Shown piece by piece: positions 48,211 to 58,728 of a DNA stretch of 64,000 nucleotides. Every line of letters begins with the position of its first letter. Positions within the stretch are counted from its first letter, which is position 1. Made by a program: the position numbers and the translations under genes. The notes under the pieces were generated by a model. It had not been told where the DNA came from and ran no database searches. It saw only the letters and a program-made list of their open reading frames with translations. This stretch comes from an uncultured delta proteobacterium (GTDB lineage: Bacteria; Desulfobacterota; Zymogenia; Zymogenales; Zymogenaceae): assembly GCA_963792965.1 (NCBI GenBank), contig CAWBYW010000009.1:160001-224000 (forward strand), given 5' to 3'.

Positions 48211-49872
48211 CTATTTCTTCACGTAGGTATCCTTGTACTGCTCCCTGAGCACCTTCTTGTCGATCTTGCCGACGGAGGTCTTGGAAATATCGTCGACGAA
48301 CATCACCTCGTCGGGGAGCTGCCATTTGGCAAATCCTTTTGCGAGGTGGTCCAGGATATCCTGCTTTTTTACCTTCCCCTGGTATTCCGGGCGGAGCACG
48401 ATGAGCGCCAGCGGCCGCTCCTCCCACTTGGGGTGCGTCACGCCGATGACCGCCGCCTCAAGGACCGAGGGATGCGCAAAGAGCGCGTTTTCCATGTCGA
48501 CCGAGGAGATCCACTCGCCGCCGCTCTTGATGATATCCTTGACGCGGTCGGTGATCTTCAGGTAACCCTCCTCGTCCATCGTGCCGGCGTCACCGCTCTT
48601 CCAGTAGCCGTCCTCGGTGAACTGGGTGCTCGGGCTGTCCGGGTTATAGTATTTCTCGGTGATCCAGGGGCCCCTGATGCAAAACTCGCCCGGGGCCTTG
48701 CCGTCGTGCGCAACCTCTTTCCCGGTGGGATCAAGGAGCTTGACGTCAAGCCCGGTGACCACGTATCCCTGTTTCCTGCGCATGTCCCACCTCTCGTCTT
48801 CGGTCATCGTCTTTTCGAGCCACGGCTTGAGCCGATTCATGCTGGCCAGGGGCGAGGTCTCGGTGGCGCCGTAGGCGTGGATTACCTCCGCGCCGGTCAG
48901 GTTCCAGTAGTCCTTCATCATCTGCAGGGGTGGCTCCGTCGCACCGGAGAGGAACCGGGCTCCCTTGAGGTCAGGCTTCTTATCGAGCTTGCGGATATAC
49001 TCAAGCATCGGGAGGAAGAGCGCGGGCGCGCCCGCCGTAGTGTTGACCTTTTCGTCCACGATGATCTGGGCAAGCTCATCGAGGCGCTGTAGGTTATACA
49101 TCCCCGGCAGGACAAATTTCGCGCCGCACATGGTGGAAAAATAGGGCCCGCCCCACCCCATGGCGTGAAACATCGGCACCAGCTGGAAAAAGCAGTCAGA
49201 ATATGAGAGGGCCGCGTTCGTGCCCACGGCCAGGGCGTGGATGTAGGTGCTGCGGTGGGAATAGTAGACCCCCTTGGGCTTGCCGGTCGTCCCGGTGGTG
49301 TAACACGCGGCGCAGGCCGATTTCTCGTCCATCATCGGCCAGTCGTATTCCGCCTTCTCGCCGGCCATGAGCTCCTCGTAACTGTAGACGGGTTTGAGCT
49401 TCGTCTGGATCTCGGAGAGCTTCTTGTCGGTGATGATAACGTAGCCCTTGACGGTCTTCAGGTTAGGGGCGACCATCTCCACGAGCGGGACCAGGGTCTC
49501 GTCGACGAAAACGAGCTTCGTCTCGGCGTGGTTCACGACGTAGGTCAGGTCCGGCGGGGCGAGCCTCAGGTTCATCAACAGCATCACCGCGCCGTATCCC
49601 GGGATGGAGAAATAGAGCTCATAGTTGCGGTACGAGTTCCAGTCCATGACGCCGACCCGGTCGCCGACCTTGATGCCCAGTTTCTTGAGCACGTTGCCAA
49701 GCCGCATGATCCTCTTGTAGGCATCTCCGTAGGTGTAGCGAAACATCCGATCACCGACCTTGCAGACGATCTCCTGCTTTTCGAAGTTCCGCGCGCCGTG
49801 TTTGATGAGGTTGATCAGGTTGAGCGGGTAGTCGTCCTGCATGGTCGATGGAAAGCCCTTGATGATTTTCAT
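48211..49872 (-). CDS. Medium/long-chain fatty-acid--CoA ligase (AlkK/DmdB-like)
   Basis: YTTGTTGKPKG, YGATETSP, IKSGGEWISS, KTSVGKIDK. Confidence 0.9.
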   Translation of the reverse strand: MKIIKGFPSTMQDDYPLNLINLIKHGARNFEKQEIVCKVGDRMFRYTYGDAYKRIMRLGNVLKKLGIKVGDRVGVMDWNSYRNYELYFSIPGYGAVMLLMNLRLAPPDLTYVVNHAETKLVFVDETLVPLVEMVAPNLKTVKGYVIITDKKLSEIQTKLKPVYSYEELMAGEKAEYDWPMMDEKSACAACYTTGTTGKPKGVYYSHRSTYIHALAVGTNAALSYSDCFFQLVPMFHAMGWGGPYFSTMCGAKFVLPGMYNLQRLDELAQIIVDEKVNTTAGAPALFLPMLEYIRKLDKKPDLKGARFLSGATEPPLQMMKDYWNLTGAEVIHAYGATETSPLASMNRLKPWLEKTMTEDERWDMRRKQGYVVTGLDVKLLDPTGKEVAHDGKAPGEFCIRGPWITEKYYNPDSPSTQFTEDGYWKSGDAGTMDEEGYLKITDRVKDIIKSGGEWISSVDMENALFAHPSVLEAAVIGVTHPKWEERPLALIVLRPEYQGKVKKQDILDHLAKGFAKWQLPDEVMFVDDISKTSVGKIDKKVLREQYKDTYVKK

Positions 49873-50116
49873 AATGGACTCCTCATGGAATGAAATGAAA
49901 TAATGATAAACAGAGCGTCTCAGGAGTTAAGAAGTGCGATACTCTATCCCGTGAGTTTGAGATGAGACACCATAGCAGATATCGTTGGAAAACTCAAGAT
50001 TATATACGGAGACCGTTGTCCCGCGTGTCAAACGTGTCTTTCCGTCCGTAGCGGGCTATGGATGGTCTAAGGAGCGTGGTGGGTCGTTTCTATGGCCGAT
50101 GACGAGCGGCGTGCCG

Positions 50117-51082
50117 CTATTCCCATTGATCGTTGAGCATTCGTTCCCACAACAACTCGCCGTATTCCTCAAGCCGATCGAGCTTGGATGCGTCGTCCAT
50201 CTTGATGACCTCCGTGAGGCGGACCTGAAAGCGCCGGAAGTCTATCTCCTTGAAGAACGTCTTCACGAGCCGCACCTGGAGTAAAATAGCGGAATGCTGA
50301 AACGCCCCCAACACCGGCTCGATCCATTCCCAGGCCCTCAGATGAGAGGCCTCCTCGGGGTCCCTGATGATCGGCATTTCGAGCCCCGTGCCGAGGGAAA
50401 TAAGGGTCGTCTCGGCGGGGTTCCAGTTATTTTTGGGATCCCACGACTGGGCAAGGTTGCACGCGTCCATCTGCGAAAGATAGTGCTGAATCTCATAGGC
50501 GGCCAGAAAACAGGGGTTGTTGTACGCGCCCACGCCACCGTCTACATACCGTCCCTCGACGGGTGGGAAAAATGACGGCGTCGCGCAGGAGGCCAAGACC
50601 GTCTTTGCGATTGACCAGTCGGCGTAATTGGAATCCGGGTCTTCCTCCCGTTCCTTCCAGGGCTTGACGAAGCAGGCCTTGTTCCGTATGAGATCAAATA
50701 CGGTGATCACCAGGTCCGTGGGCGGGTCCGCCTTCCAGAGGTCACCCATCGTGAGGCTCCCATACGCCTTGTGGAGCGCCTCCTTCAGCGCATCGTTTGA
50801 ATAACGATGATTCTCAAACCACCACAGCGGGCTCAGGAAGGTCTTCCTGAAGATCTCAGTGCCGATCGACAGATAATTCTCGTGGAGCTCCTTGATCGGA
50901 CGCCCGGCCGCGATCCCGGCGGCGACGATTGCGCCGGTCGAGGTCCCCGCCGCAAGGCGAAAGATCTCGTGGCATGATTTCCCGAGGTGGTCCTCAAGAC
51001 GCATGAGCGCTTTGGTGGCGATCACCCCCCTGATCCCGCCTCCGTCAATAGCGATAGCCACGTTTTTACGAAAAGGAATCAT
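50117..51082 (-). CDS. Patatin-like phospholipase
   Basis: DGGGIRG, GTSTG, DGGV, ISLGTG. Confidence 0.9.
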   Translation of the reverse strand: MIPFRKNVAIAIDGGGIRGVIATKALMRLEDHLGKSCHEIFRLAAGTSTGAIVAAGIAAGRPIKELHENYLSIGTEIFRKTFLSPLWWFENHRYSNDALKEALHKAYGSLTMGDLWKADPPTDLVITVFDLIRNKACFVKPWKEREEDPDSNYADWSIAKTVLASCATPSFFPPVEGRYVDGGVGAYNNPCFLAAYEIQHYLSQMDACNLAQSWDPKNNWNPAETTLISLGTGLEMPIIRDPEEASHLRAWEWIEPVLGAFQHSAILLQVRLVKTFFKEIDFRRFQVRLTEVIKMDDASKLDRLEEYGELLWERMLNDQWE

Positions 51083-51484
51083 ATCTCCCTCCCTCGGTCG
51101 CTTTCAGTTTACGTGTTAGCGGGTGCTCGGGGTAATCGGCGTGCGAGTCTTGTGTTAGTCCCATTGTGTGAGGAGGCACAACGGACCCTCAATTATTTTC
51201 ACCCAAAAAGCGTGCATTTTCAAGAAAAAACCGCGCCCCGTCACGCGCGTGGCTGACGATAAGACGGGCGGCCCGGCACATGTCACGAGGCGCGGAAAGG
51301 AGCGAGGCCCGCCGCGGCTCCTCTTTCCTATTTAACTTGACCGGCCACCGATGGTTTTGTTATAGTCGTATCCATTGTTTCTCATTTAAGGCCGTGCCGA
51401 CACGTTGCATGCGATGCCGTCCGTCAACAGAGCCGTCTCCATTGTTTCCCGATTCCCATCGCGCCAAAGAAAGGAGGAAGGTCC

Positions 51485-53410
51485 ATGACGATCCCGACCC
51501 ACAAACAACGAATCCTCATGACGATGCGCGGCGAGATGGCCGACAAGATCCCATTCGTCCCCCGTCTTGACCTCTGGTGGATCGCCAACAACCTCGGCGG
51601 CACCCTGCCGGCTAAATACAAGGACAAGAAGCCCGACGATATCGCGCGGGCCGAGGGCTGGGCCTGCTACCACATGGTTCCGGACTTCACCAACATGATC
51701 AAGAGCCCCGACGATATCCTGCACCGCTCCATCGGTCTGTTTAACTTCATCCAGTCGGTCTATGGGTGGCGTTTTTCCAGGGACATCGAGATCGAGGTCA
51801 AGAGCGAGGGGGGCCAGCAGATCGTTACCTACCACACCCCCAAGGGGACCGTCCGGACCGTTGGCGGGCTGACGGAAGAGATGCAGAGGGCCGGGGCGTC
51901 GCTCGGCTGGACCCAGGAACATATCATCAAGAAACCCGAAGACTATCCAATCGTCGGCTACATCTTCGAGCATATCGACGTCTTCCCGCAGTATGAGACC
52001 GCGGTGGCCTATATGGATACGGTTGGGGACGACGGCGTAGTGGCCGCCGGCGGGGCTTCGCTCGGGGCCTCCCCGATGCACCACATCCAGAAGGAGTTCC
52101 TCGATCCGACTCGTTTCTATTACGAATATAACGACCACCCAAAAGAGATGCGGCGGCTTTCCGAGAGCATCGCGGTTTATTTCGAAAAGGTGTTAAAGGT
52201 GATCGGAGACTCGCCGGCCGAGGTGTCGCTCTGGGGCGCAAATTACGACGATATGCTCACCTACCCCCCCTATTTCGAGAAGGAAATCCTGCCCTGGCTG
52301 CGCAAGGCCTCCGAATATCTCGGCTCGCGCGGGAAGCTCGTGGCCACGCACACCGATGGAGAGAACTTCGGCCTGATGGACCTCATCCGGGATTCGGGCG
52401 TGCACGTGGCCGAGTCGGTCACCCCCTGGCCGATGACGAAGGTCAGGATCGAAGAGTATTACCACCGCTGGCACGATCGCCTCACGATCATGGGCGGCAT
52501 ACCCGAGTCGGTCCTCTCGGCCGACACGGCAAGCGACGAGGAGTTCGAAGCGTTCATGACCAACCTCTTGGGGAGCGTCGCCCCGGGAGACCGACTCATC
52601 CTCGGAACCGCCGATTCCACCCCCCCCAAGGCCGTCTTTGAGCGGCTCGTCAGGATCGGAGAGCGAATAGAGGAACAGGGAAGGCTCCCGCTCACGGCGG
52701 GCGGCTATCGACCGATGACCGATGAGCGTATGCGTGAGGCGACGGCGGCCCTCTCGGTGAGGCGTCCCGACGATAAGGATTTTTCCGCGATCCAGGACGC
52801 AATCATCGAGGGGGACGAGGAATCGCTACTCTCCCGCATAAAAGAGCTCCTCGCCCGGAAACTCTCCGCCCATGACATCCTCCACCGGGGCATGATCCCG
52901 GCCATGGAGATCGTGGGGCGGCGCTTCAAGGACGGAGACCTTTTTATCCCCGAAGTGCTCCTCTCGGCCCGCGCGATGAATACGGCGCTGGCCGAGCTCG
53001 AGCCGCACCTTGCCGCCGGTAAGGAACAAAAGGGCGCCACGGTCCTCATCGGCACCGTCCGGGGGGACATGCACGACATCGGAAAGAACATGGTGTCCAT
53101 CATGCTCAAGGGCGTGGGATTTAACGTGATCGATATCGGCATCAACGTCGATGCCCCGGAGTTCGTTCGTCGGGTCCAGATCGCCAAGCCCGATATCCTC
53201 GGCCTCTCGGCGCTCTTGACCACAACGATGGATCAGATGAGGGTCGTCATCGACGCGCTGAAGGAAAAAGGTTTGAGAGATTCCGTAAGGGTGATGGTCG
53301 GCGGGGCGCCCGTCAACAAGAAGTTTGCCGACGCCGTCGGCGCCGACGGCTACGCCAAGGACGCCGTCGAGGCGGTGGATCTGGCAAAAGTGCTCGCAGG
53401 CCGGCACTGA
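51485..53410 (+). CDS. UroD/MtaA-like methyltransferase domain fused to corrinoid (B12-binding) protein
   Basis: N-terminal UroD-like barrel (HTDG, IMGGIP, ILGTADSTP); C-terminal FIPEVL, GDMHDIGKNMV, GLSALLTTT, VMVGGAP. Confidence 0.85.
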   Translation: MTIPTHKQRILMTMRGEMADKIPFVPRLDLWWIANNLGGTLPAKYKDKKPDDIARAEGWACYHMVPDFTNMIKSPDDILHRSIGLFNFIQSVYGWRFSRDIEIEVKSEGGQQIVTYHTPKGTVRTVGGLTEEMQRAGASLGWTQEHIIKKPEDYPIVGYIFEHIDVFPQYETAVAYMDTVGDDGVVAAGGASLGASPMHHIQKEFLDPTRFYYEYNDHPKEMRRLSESIAVYFEKVLKVIGDSPAEVSLWGANYDDMLTYPPYFEKEILPWLRKASEYLGSRGKLVATHTDGENFGLMDLIRDSGVHVAESVTPWPMTKVRIEEYYHRWHDRLTIMGGIPESVLSADTASDEEFEAFMTNLLGSVAPGDRLILGTADSTPPKAVFERLVRIGERIEEQGRLPLTAGGYRPMTDERMREATAALSVRRPDDKDFSAIQDAIIEGDEESLLSRIKELLARKLSAHDILHRGMIPAMEIVGRRFKDGDLFIPEVLLSARAMNTALAELEPHLAAGKEQKGATVLIGTVRGDMHDIGKNMVSIMLKGVGFNVIDIGINVDAPEFVRRVQIAKPDILGLSALLTTTMDQMRVVIDALKEKGLRDSVRVMVGGAPVNKKFADAVGADGYAKDAVEAVDLAKVLAGRH

Positions 53411-53489
53411 GAACAGCGACCCTGCGCACACGAAGGGCATGGAGGAAATTGTTGGCCTTCCCTAACACATAGTCGTGAGGTACGTACCC

Positions 53490-54011
53490 ATGAAGATCCT
53501 GGTAACTTATTTTACCCAGACCACTAACACCGAAAAAATCGCCCGCGCAATATTTGATGAGGTCTCAAAGACGCATGAGGCCGATCTTGCGCGGATCGAC
53601 GAGATTGCGCCCGATCAGGCCGGCCGATACGACCTGGTCTTTATGGGCTCCCCCTGCCACGCGGGTGACCTTTCGGCCGCGGCCAAATCTTTTCTCATGG
53701 GCCTCCCCCAGCAGGGCGCGTTTGCCCTGGCGGGGTTCATCACTCACTCCTCCTCGGCCTATGAAAAGGAAGGGTTCGCCAAGTGCATTACGACGCTTGA
53801 GACCATAAGCGCCGAAAAAGGTATTAAATTTCTCGGTTGTTTTGATTGTCAAGGATACCTCTCTGCCGACATACAGCCGTACGTCAAGAAGTCGCGAAAG
53901 GCGTCCGATGACGAGTGGAATAAGATCGTCGAGAAGATGACCGGCCACCCCGACAGTGAGGACGAACAAAAGGCGCGGGCGTTTGCTCACGAAACGGTGG
54001 AAAAGGTGTGA
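53490..54011 (+). CDS. Flavodoxin family protein
   Basis: YFTQTTNTEKIA, DLVFMGSP, GHPDSED. Confidence 0.82.
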   Translation: MKILVTYFTQTTNTEKIARAIFDEVSKTHEADLARIDEIAPDQAGRYDLVFMGSPCHAGDLSAAAKSFLMGLPQQGAFALAGFITHSSSAYEKEGFAKCITTLETISAEKGIKFLGCFDCQGYLSADIQPYVKKSRKASDDEWNKIVEKMTGHPDSEDEQKARAFAHETVEKV

Positions 54012-54075
54012 GAGTTCGCACGGCCCTATGAGGCGCGTATCGGACGCGCCGTGATGTCGGGTCCGCTCCTTGGGC

Positions 54076-54840
54076 TCAGGCAGGTCCATCGGCCGGGATG
54101 CTACGTCTCATCGGCCTAAACTCGTCCCCCTCAAGCACCACATAGTCCCGTCTGTCCATCCAACGTCCGACGTTGACGTAAGTCCGTCGCCTTCCGTCAA
54201 GCTCCATCTTCCACAGGTCGGGCTGGTGAACGTGGCCGAGCACAACGCCGTCATATCCCTCAAAGAATCTCAGGACCGCAAACTCCCGGCAGATTCCCTC
54301 CCGATCGTCCTTCTTGTTGTCGGTATAGACGCGGCTGGCGCGGCTCATTGCCCGCGCGATCTTCTCCAGCATAAAGGGTGGAACAAGGCGCCCGAGCACC
54401 TTGACCGGGAGGCTCCGTAGCAACCGTCGCAGGAAGCGGTAGCCCCAGTCCTTCTTGTTCACCTGATCCCCATGGGCCACAAGGATCCTGAGCCCGCCGT
54501 GCGTCAGCTCCCACTGGCTCGGATGAACGGTGGCGCCCAAGGACTCCGTGAAGAAGGGCCCCATGAAGAAATCGTGGTTTCCCTCCGTGTAGTGGATCGC
54601 GACGCCCCTTCGTGAGAGGGTAAGCAATGACGAAAGAACCGAGAGGAACTTATAGGGGATGACGTAGCGAAAGCCCATCCAGAAGTCAAACAGATCTCCC
54701 ATGATGACCACGGCGTCGGCCGGCCCAAGGCTCGCGGTCAGCTCGTCGAGGAACGCGACTAAGTCACGGAAGTCCTCTCCCTGTGGGTCGGAAAGGTGCG
54801 CATCGGGAAGAAAAACGATCCTGCCGCTTCCGTCCGTCAT
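54076..54840 (-). CDS. lpxH: UDP-2,3-diacylglucosamine diphosphatase
   Basis: DAHL, GDLFDFW, GNHD, HGD, GHVH. Confidence 0.8.
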   Translation of the reverse strand: MTDGSGRIVFLPDAHLSDPQGEDFRDLVAFLDELTASLGPADAVVIMGDLFDFWMGFRYVIPYKFLSVLSSLLTLSRRGVAIHYTEGNHDFFMGPFFTESLGATVHPSQWELTHGGLRILVAHGDQVNKKDWGYRFLRRLLRSLPVKVLGRLVPPFMLEKIARAMSRASRVYTDNKKDDREGICREFAVLRFFEGYDGVVLGHVHQPDLWKMELDGRRRTYVNVGRWMDRRDYVVLEGDEFRPMRRSIPADGPA

Positions 54841-55724
54841 TCCCCCTCTCCGCTTTTCATGGCGGCTTTCGTCTCATCGTCGCTGTCTTTCGGCGCCTTC
54901 TTCTTCCCGAAGAAGAAGATCATCCAGATGCTGAGCTCGTAGAGGATGAAGAGCGGCACAGACAACAACGTCTGGTTGAAGATATCGCCCGTCGGCGTCA
55001 GGATCGCGCCGAGGATGAACGCGCCGAGGAGCGCATAGGGGCGAAACTTCTTGAGATCCTGGTAGGAGACGATCCCGAATCTCGAAAGCAGGAAGATAAC
55101 AACCGGCAGCTCGAACGACACGCCGAAAGCGAGGAGCATCCACATGACGAAGGAAAAATATTCCTGCATCTTGATCAGGGGGACCTCCCCCGTGCCTTTC
55201 GTTATTGCGATGAGGACCTTAAACCCTGCGGGGAAGACGACGAAGTAGGCGAACGCGGCCCCCCCGACAAAGAGGAGAAATGAGACGACCGTCACCGGGA
55301 CCAGCATGCTTCTCTCTTTCTTGTAGAGACCGGGGGAAATGAAGGCCCAGATCTGGTAGAGGATGTAGGGCGAAGCGATGAAGATGCCCGCGACCAGCCC
55401 CACCTTGAGGTAGGTGAAGAAGGCCTCGGTCAAGCCGGTATAGATGAGATTGTGGAGGACGACTTTCGAGCTGCTGCCGGGGCCCAGTATCAGCCCGACC
55501 TTGCCCGACTTGGCGCCCAATTGAGCAAGCGCATTGACGAGGGGCCGTTTCAGAAACGTGAAGATCGGCCCCGAGAAGTAATAGCCGATCCCGAAGCCCA
55601 CAGCCGCGGCGATGAGAATCCTGATGAGGCGTTTTCTCAGCTCCTCAAGGTGCTCAAGGATCGTCATTGTGACGTCGCCGCTGTTGTTTTCCTTTTCGGC
55701 CAAGAAGCTCCCCTCTTCCCCCAC
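54837..55724 (-). CDS. tatC: Twin-arginine translocase subunit TatC
   Basis: EHLEELRKRL, YQIWAFISPGLYKKE, FELP, LYELS. Confidence 0.95.
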   Translation of the reverse strand: MGEEGSFLAEKENNSGDVTMTILEHLEELRKRLIRILIAAAVGFGIGYYFSGPIFTFLKRPLVNALAQLGAKSGKVGLILGPGSSSKVVLHNLIYTGLTEAFFTYLKVGLVAGIFIASPYILYQIWAFISPGLYKKERSMLVPVTVVSFLLFVGGAAFAYFVVFPAGFKVLIAITKGTGEVPLIKMQEYFSFVMWMLLAFGVSFELPVVIFLLSRFGIVSYQDLKKFRPYALLGAFILGAILTPTGDIFNQTLLSVPLFILYELSIWMIFFFGKKKAPKDSDDETKAAMKSGEGE

Positions 55725-55988
55725 CTATCCCCTCAGCTCGTGGTCGTTGTCCTGCTTAGGCGGTGCCCCTTCTTCCTTTTTATTCGGGGTGCTCTCGGGT
55801 TGGTCCTTCATTATCTCGGAGAAGACGTCGTTTACGTTCACGGAGCCCTTGATGCCGTCCACTGCCTTTTTCAGATCCTTGTAGCCCTTGCCGAGGGTCC
55901 GTGCAACTTCCGGCAGCTTCTTGGGCCCGAGGATCACGAGGGCAAGGATGACGATGATAAACAGCTCTTGGCCTGAAACTCCAAACAT
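55725..55988 (-). CDS. tatB: Twin-arginine translocase TatA/TatB family subunit
   Basis: MFG...ELFII...LGPKKLPEVARTLGK, adjacent to tatC; TatA vs TatB uncertain. Confidence 0.75.
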   Translation of the reverse strand: MFGVSGQELFIIVILALVILGPKKLPEVARTLGKGYKDLKKAVDGIKGSVNVNDVFSEIMKDQPESTPNKKEEGAPPKQDNDHELRG

Positions 55989-56088
55989 ATTGTCATCATA
56001 GATTCTTTTCGGTCTCCTGTCAAGGCCATATTTTTCATTTTACTTTATCCGAGAACGGCTTTATCATAGATAAGAAAGGAGGGCACCT

Positions 56089-58728
56089 ATGAAAAGAATG
56101 ACAATGGTTACCACGCTTATTGTCCTGTTCCTTATATCAATTACGACCATTTGTAGCGGGTCGGAAATTGAGCATTATACCCTTAAGAACGGTATGGTGG
56201 TCGTACTGCTGCCCGACCACTCGACTCCCGCCGTCTCCATGAACATCTGGGTCGGCGTGGGGGGATTCAACGAAACGCAAGACCAGTCCGGAATGTCTCA
56301 CTTCGTCGAGCATATGGTCTTTAAAGGGAGCAACACCCTCGGCCCGGGCGAGGGGCCAGACATTATCGAAGCCGCTGGCGGAAATTTTAACGCGTATACC
56401 GAGCTTGACGACACCGTGCTTACCGCAAGCGTGCCCTCAAGCGCCACGGAGACGCTGATCAAGGTTCTCTCCGATACGGCGCTTGACGCCACGTTTGTTC
56501 CCGATGAGTTGGAGCGGGAACGCCAGGTTGTCCTGGAGGAAATCAGGATGGATATGGATAACCCTGATGTCCGCATCTCGAACCTCTTCTTTGAGAAGGC
56601 GTTTCACGGTTTCCCCTACGGCAAGCCCGTTATCGGGACCGCCGCCAAGGTCAAGGGGTATTCTCGTGACGCGCTGTATGCCTGGTACAAAACCCATTGG
56701 CGGCCCGAAAACATGGTCGCGGTGCTCGTGGGCGATTTTGATCCCGTGAGCGTAAAACCGATGATCCAGCACTATCTGGGGCAGGCCCCAGAGGTCGGCG
56801 TGCCCACCCCGCCGCACATCCCCTACCCCGTCCTGATGGGAAGTTCTGTTTCCGGCATCGCCGCCCCCGTTCAGAAGACCTATCTCTATATCGGATTCAA
56901 TACCCCGCCGATCACCGATAACGACCTCTATCCCCTCGACGTGGCCGCCCTTATCCTCGGCCGCGGAACGGGATCCCGCCTCTATCGGGCGGTTGTGGAT
57001 AAGGGGCTGGCCTATTCGATCGACGCCTCATCATACACCCCCAAGGAGGCGGGCCTCTTCGCGGTATCGGCGACCCTCGATTCCTCCGAGATCATTGCCA
57101 CGGTACGCGCCGCGATCGAGGAGTTCTCCCGTCTCTCCTCCATAGAGGTCACCGACGAAGAGCTTACCAAGGCGCGCAACGAGACGACGGCCGATTTCAT
57201 CTTCGACAAGGAGACCTACGACGGCCGCGCGTCCTCGCTGGGCTTTTTCGAGACGGCGACGGGCGACGTCAACTTCGAAAAGAAATACCTTGCCGGGATA
57301 AGCGGCGTCACGGGCGCCGATATCGTGCGCGTTGCGAAAAAATACTTTGTCCCCGAGAATATGACGATCACCTATCTGGTGCCTGACCAGGACAAAAAGG
57401 CGATCGCCGACGAAGAGATCAAGACGGCGGCAATCGGCGCCTTCACCTCGCCCATGGGGAACGAACGCACGCCTCCCGCGCTCATAGCAGAGCCCAAGGG
57501 GTACAAGGCGTTGCTCGAAAACGGCGTCAGGCTGGTCATCAAGGAGAACCATTCACTGCCCATCGTGTCTGTTGTGGCGGCCTTTGACGGGGGGGTGCGC
57601 ACCGAAACGGAAAAGACTAACGGGGTCACGAACCTCGTTTCCAGCATGCTCACCCGCGGTACAACGAGCCTCACCGCTCAGACCATCGCGGAAAGAATAG
57701 AGCTGATCGCCGCAGATATCCACGGATTTTCGGGGCAGGACACCTTCGGCCTTAAGGCGGAGTTCCTCACGCAGTACCAGGACGAAGGGTGGGGGCTCAT
57801 CTCCGATATGATCATCAACCCCTCTTTCGATTCCGATGAACTGGCGAAGGTAAAGGATATCACCCTGGCCGCAATAGAAGAGGGCAAGGACGATCTCCCC
57901 CAACGGACGATTGACCTCTTCAAGAAGACCCTCTACCGAAGCCAGCCTTACGGTCTGCCCACGATCGGAACGAAGTCAAGCGTCGAGGGCCTTTCGCACG
58001 AGGAACTGGTCGCCTACTGGGGCGCCCATGCCTCTCCGTCCACGATGGTCATCTCCGTGGTCGGCGACGTTAAGGCCGACGAGGTGCTCAAAAGGGTGAA
58101 CGATCTCTTCGGAGGCTGGAAGAGACAGACGAACGTGCCCGCCGCCCCGATGGTGATCACCCCTCCGGCGCGATCGGTCACAGCCACCGAGACCGTCGCC
58201 AATAAAGAGCAGGCCCATATCTTCCTCGGTTTTCTCGGGGCGGACTATCTATCCAACGACTATTGGTCCATGGATGTCCTGACGGCGGTCCTCTCCGGCA
58301 TGGGAGGGAGAATGTTCGTGGAGCTGCGGGAAAAGCAGGGGCTGGCCTATACCGTCGACGCAATCAATCACGGGGGGATCTATCCGGGCTTTTTCGGGAT
58401 ATACATGGGGACGGCGCCGAAAAACCTGACCCGTTCCGTGGCCGGCATCGATAAAGAGCTCCTGAAGGTCAAAAAGGATGGGATTACGGCCGAGGAGCTC
58501 ACGCGCGCCAAGAGCTATCTGATCGGCAACTTCGAGCTCGGCCTCCAGAGCAACACCACTACGGCCCTTACCATGGCGACCGACGAGATCTACGGGCTTG
58601 GGTACGACTTCTACCTGAGGTACCCCGAGAAGATCGACGCGGTAACCATCGATGACGTCAAGAAGGCGGCCGACAAATATATCGATCTGAACCATTCGGT
58701 CCTGACGATTGTCAAGCCGTCCTTTTAG
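56089..58728 (+). CDS. M16 family zinc peptidase (pitrilysin-like), exported
   Basis: Signal peptide, HFVEHMVFKG, NAYT, second M16 half with ELREKQGLAY. Confidence 0.92.
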   Translation: MKRMTMVTTLIVLFLISITTICSGSEIEHYTLKNGMVVVLLPDHSTPAVSMNIWVGVGGFNETQDQSGMSHFVEHMVFKGSNTLGPGEGPDIIEAAGGNFNAYTELDDTVLTASVPSSATETLIKVLSDTALDATFVPDELERERQVVLEEIRMDMDNPDVRISNLFFEKAFHGFPYGKPVIGTAAKVKGYSRDALYAWYKTHWRPENMVAVLVGDFDPVSVKPMIQHYLGQAPEVGVPTPPHIPYPVLMGSSVSGIAAPVQKTYLYIGFNTPPITDNDLYPLDVAALILGRGTGSRLYRAVVDKGLAYSIDASSYTPKEAGLFAVSATLDSSEIIATVRAAIEEFSRLSSIEVTDEELTKARNETTADFIFDKETYDGRASSLGFFETATGDVNFEKKYLAGISGVTGADIVRVAKKYFVPENMTITYLVPDQDKKAIADEEIKTAAIGAFTSPMGNERTPPALIAEPKGYKALLENGVRLVIKENHSLPIVSVVAAFDGGVRTETEKTNGVTNLVSSMLTRGTTSLTAQTIAERIELIAADIHGFSGQDTFGLKAEFLTQYQDEGWGLISDMIINPSFDSDELAKVKDITLAAIEEGKDDLPQRTIDLFKKTLYRSQPYGLPTIGTKSSVEGLSHEELVAYWGAHASPSTMVISVVGDVKADEVLKRVNDLFGGWKRQTNVPAAPMVITPPARSVTATETVANKEQAHIFLGFLGADYLSNDYWSMDVLTAVLSGMGGRMFVELREKQGLAYTVDAINHGGIYPGFFGIYMGTAPKNLTRSVAGIDKELLKVKKDGITAEELTRAKSYLIGNFELGLQSNTTTALTMATDEIYGLGYDFYLRYPEKIDAVTIDDVKKAADKYIDLNHSVLTIVKPSF

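Noticed and set aside
50117-51082. CBASS CapV-like effector / defence system
   Set aside because: Patatin motifs are present but no CD-NTase or other defence gene is adjacent; neighbours are lipid/CoA metabolism genes.
51090-51484. Cobalamin riboswitch upstream of the corrinoid protein
   Set aside because: No recognisable B12-box or conserved core seen; an Infernal search would be needed to exclude it fully.
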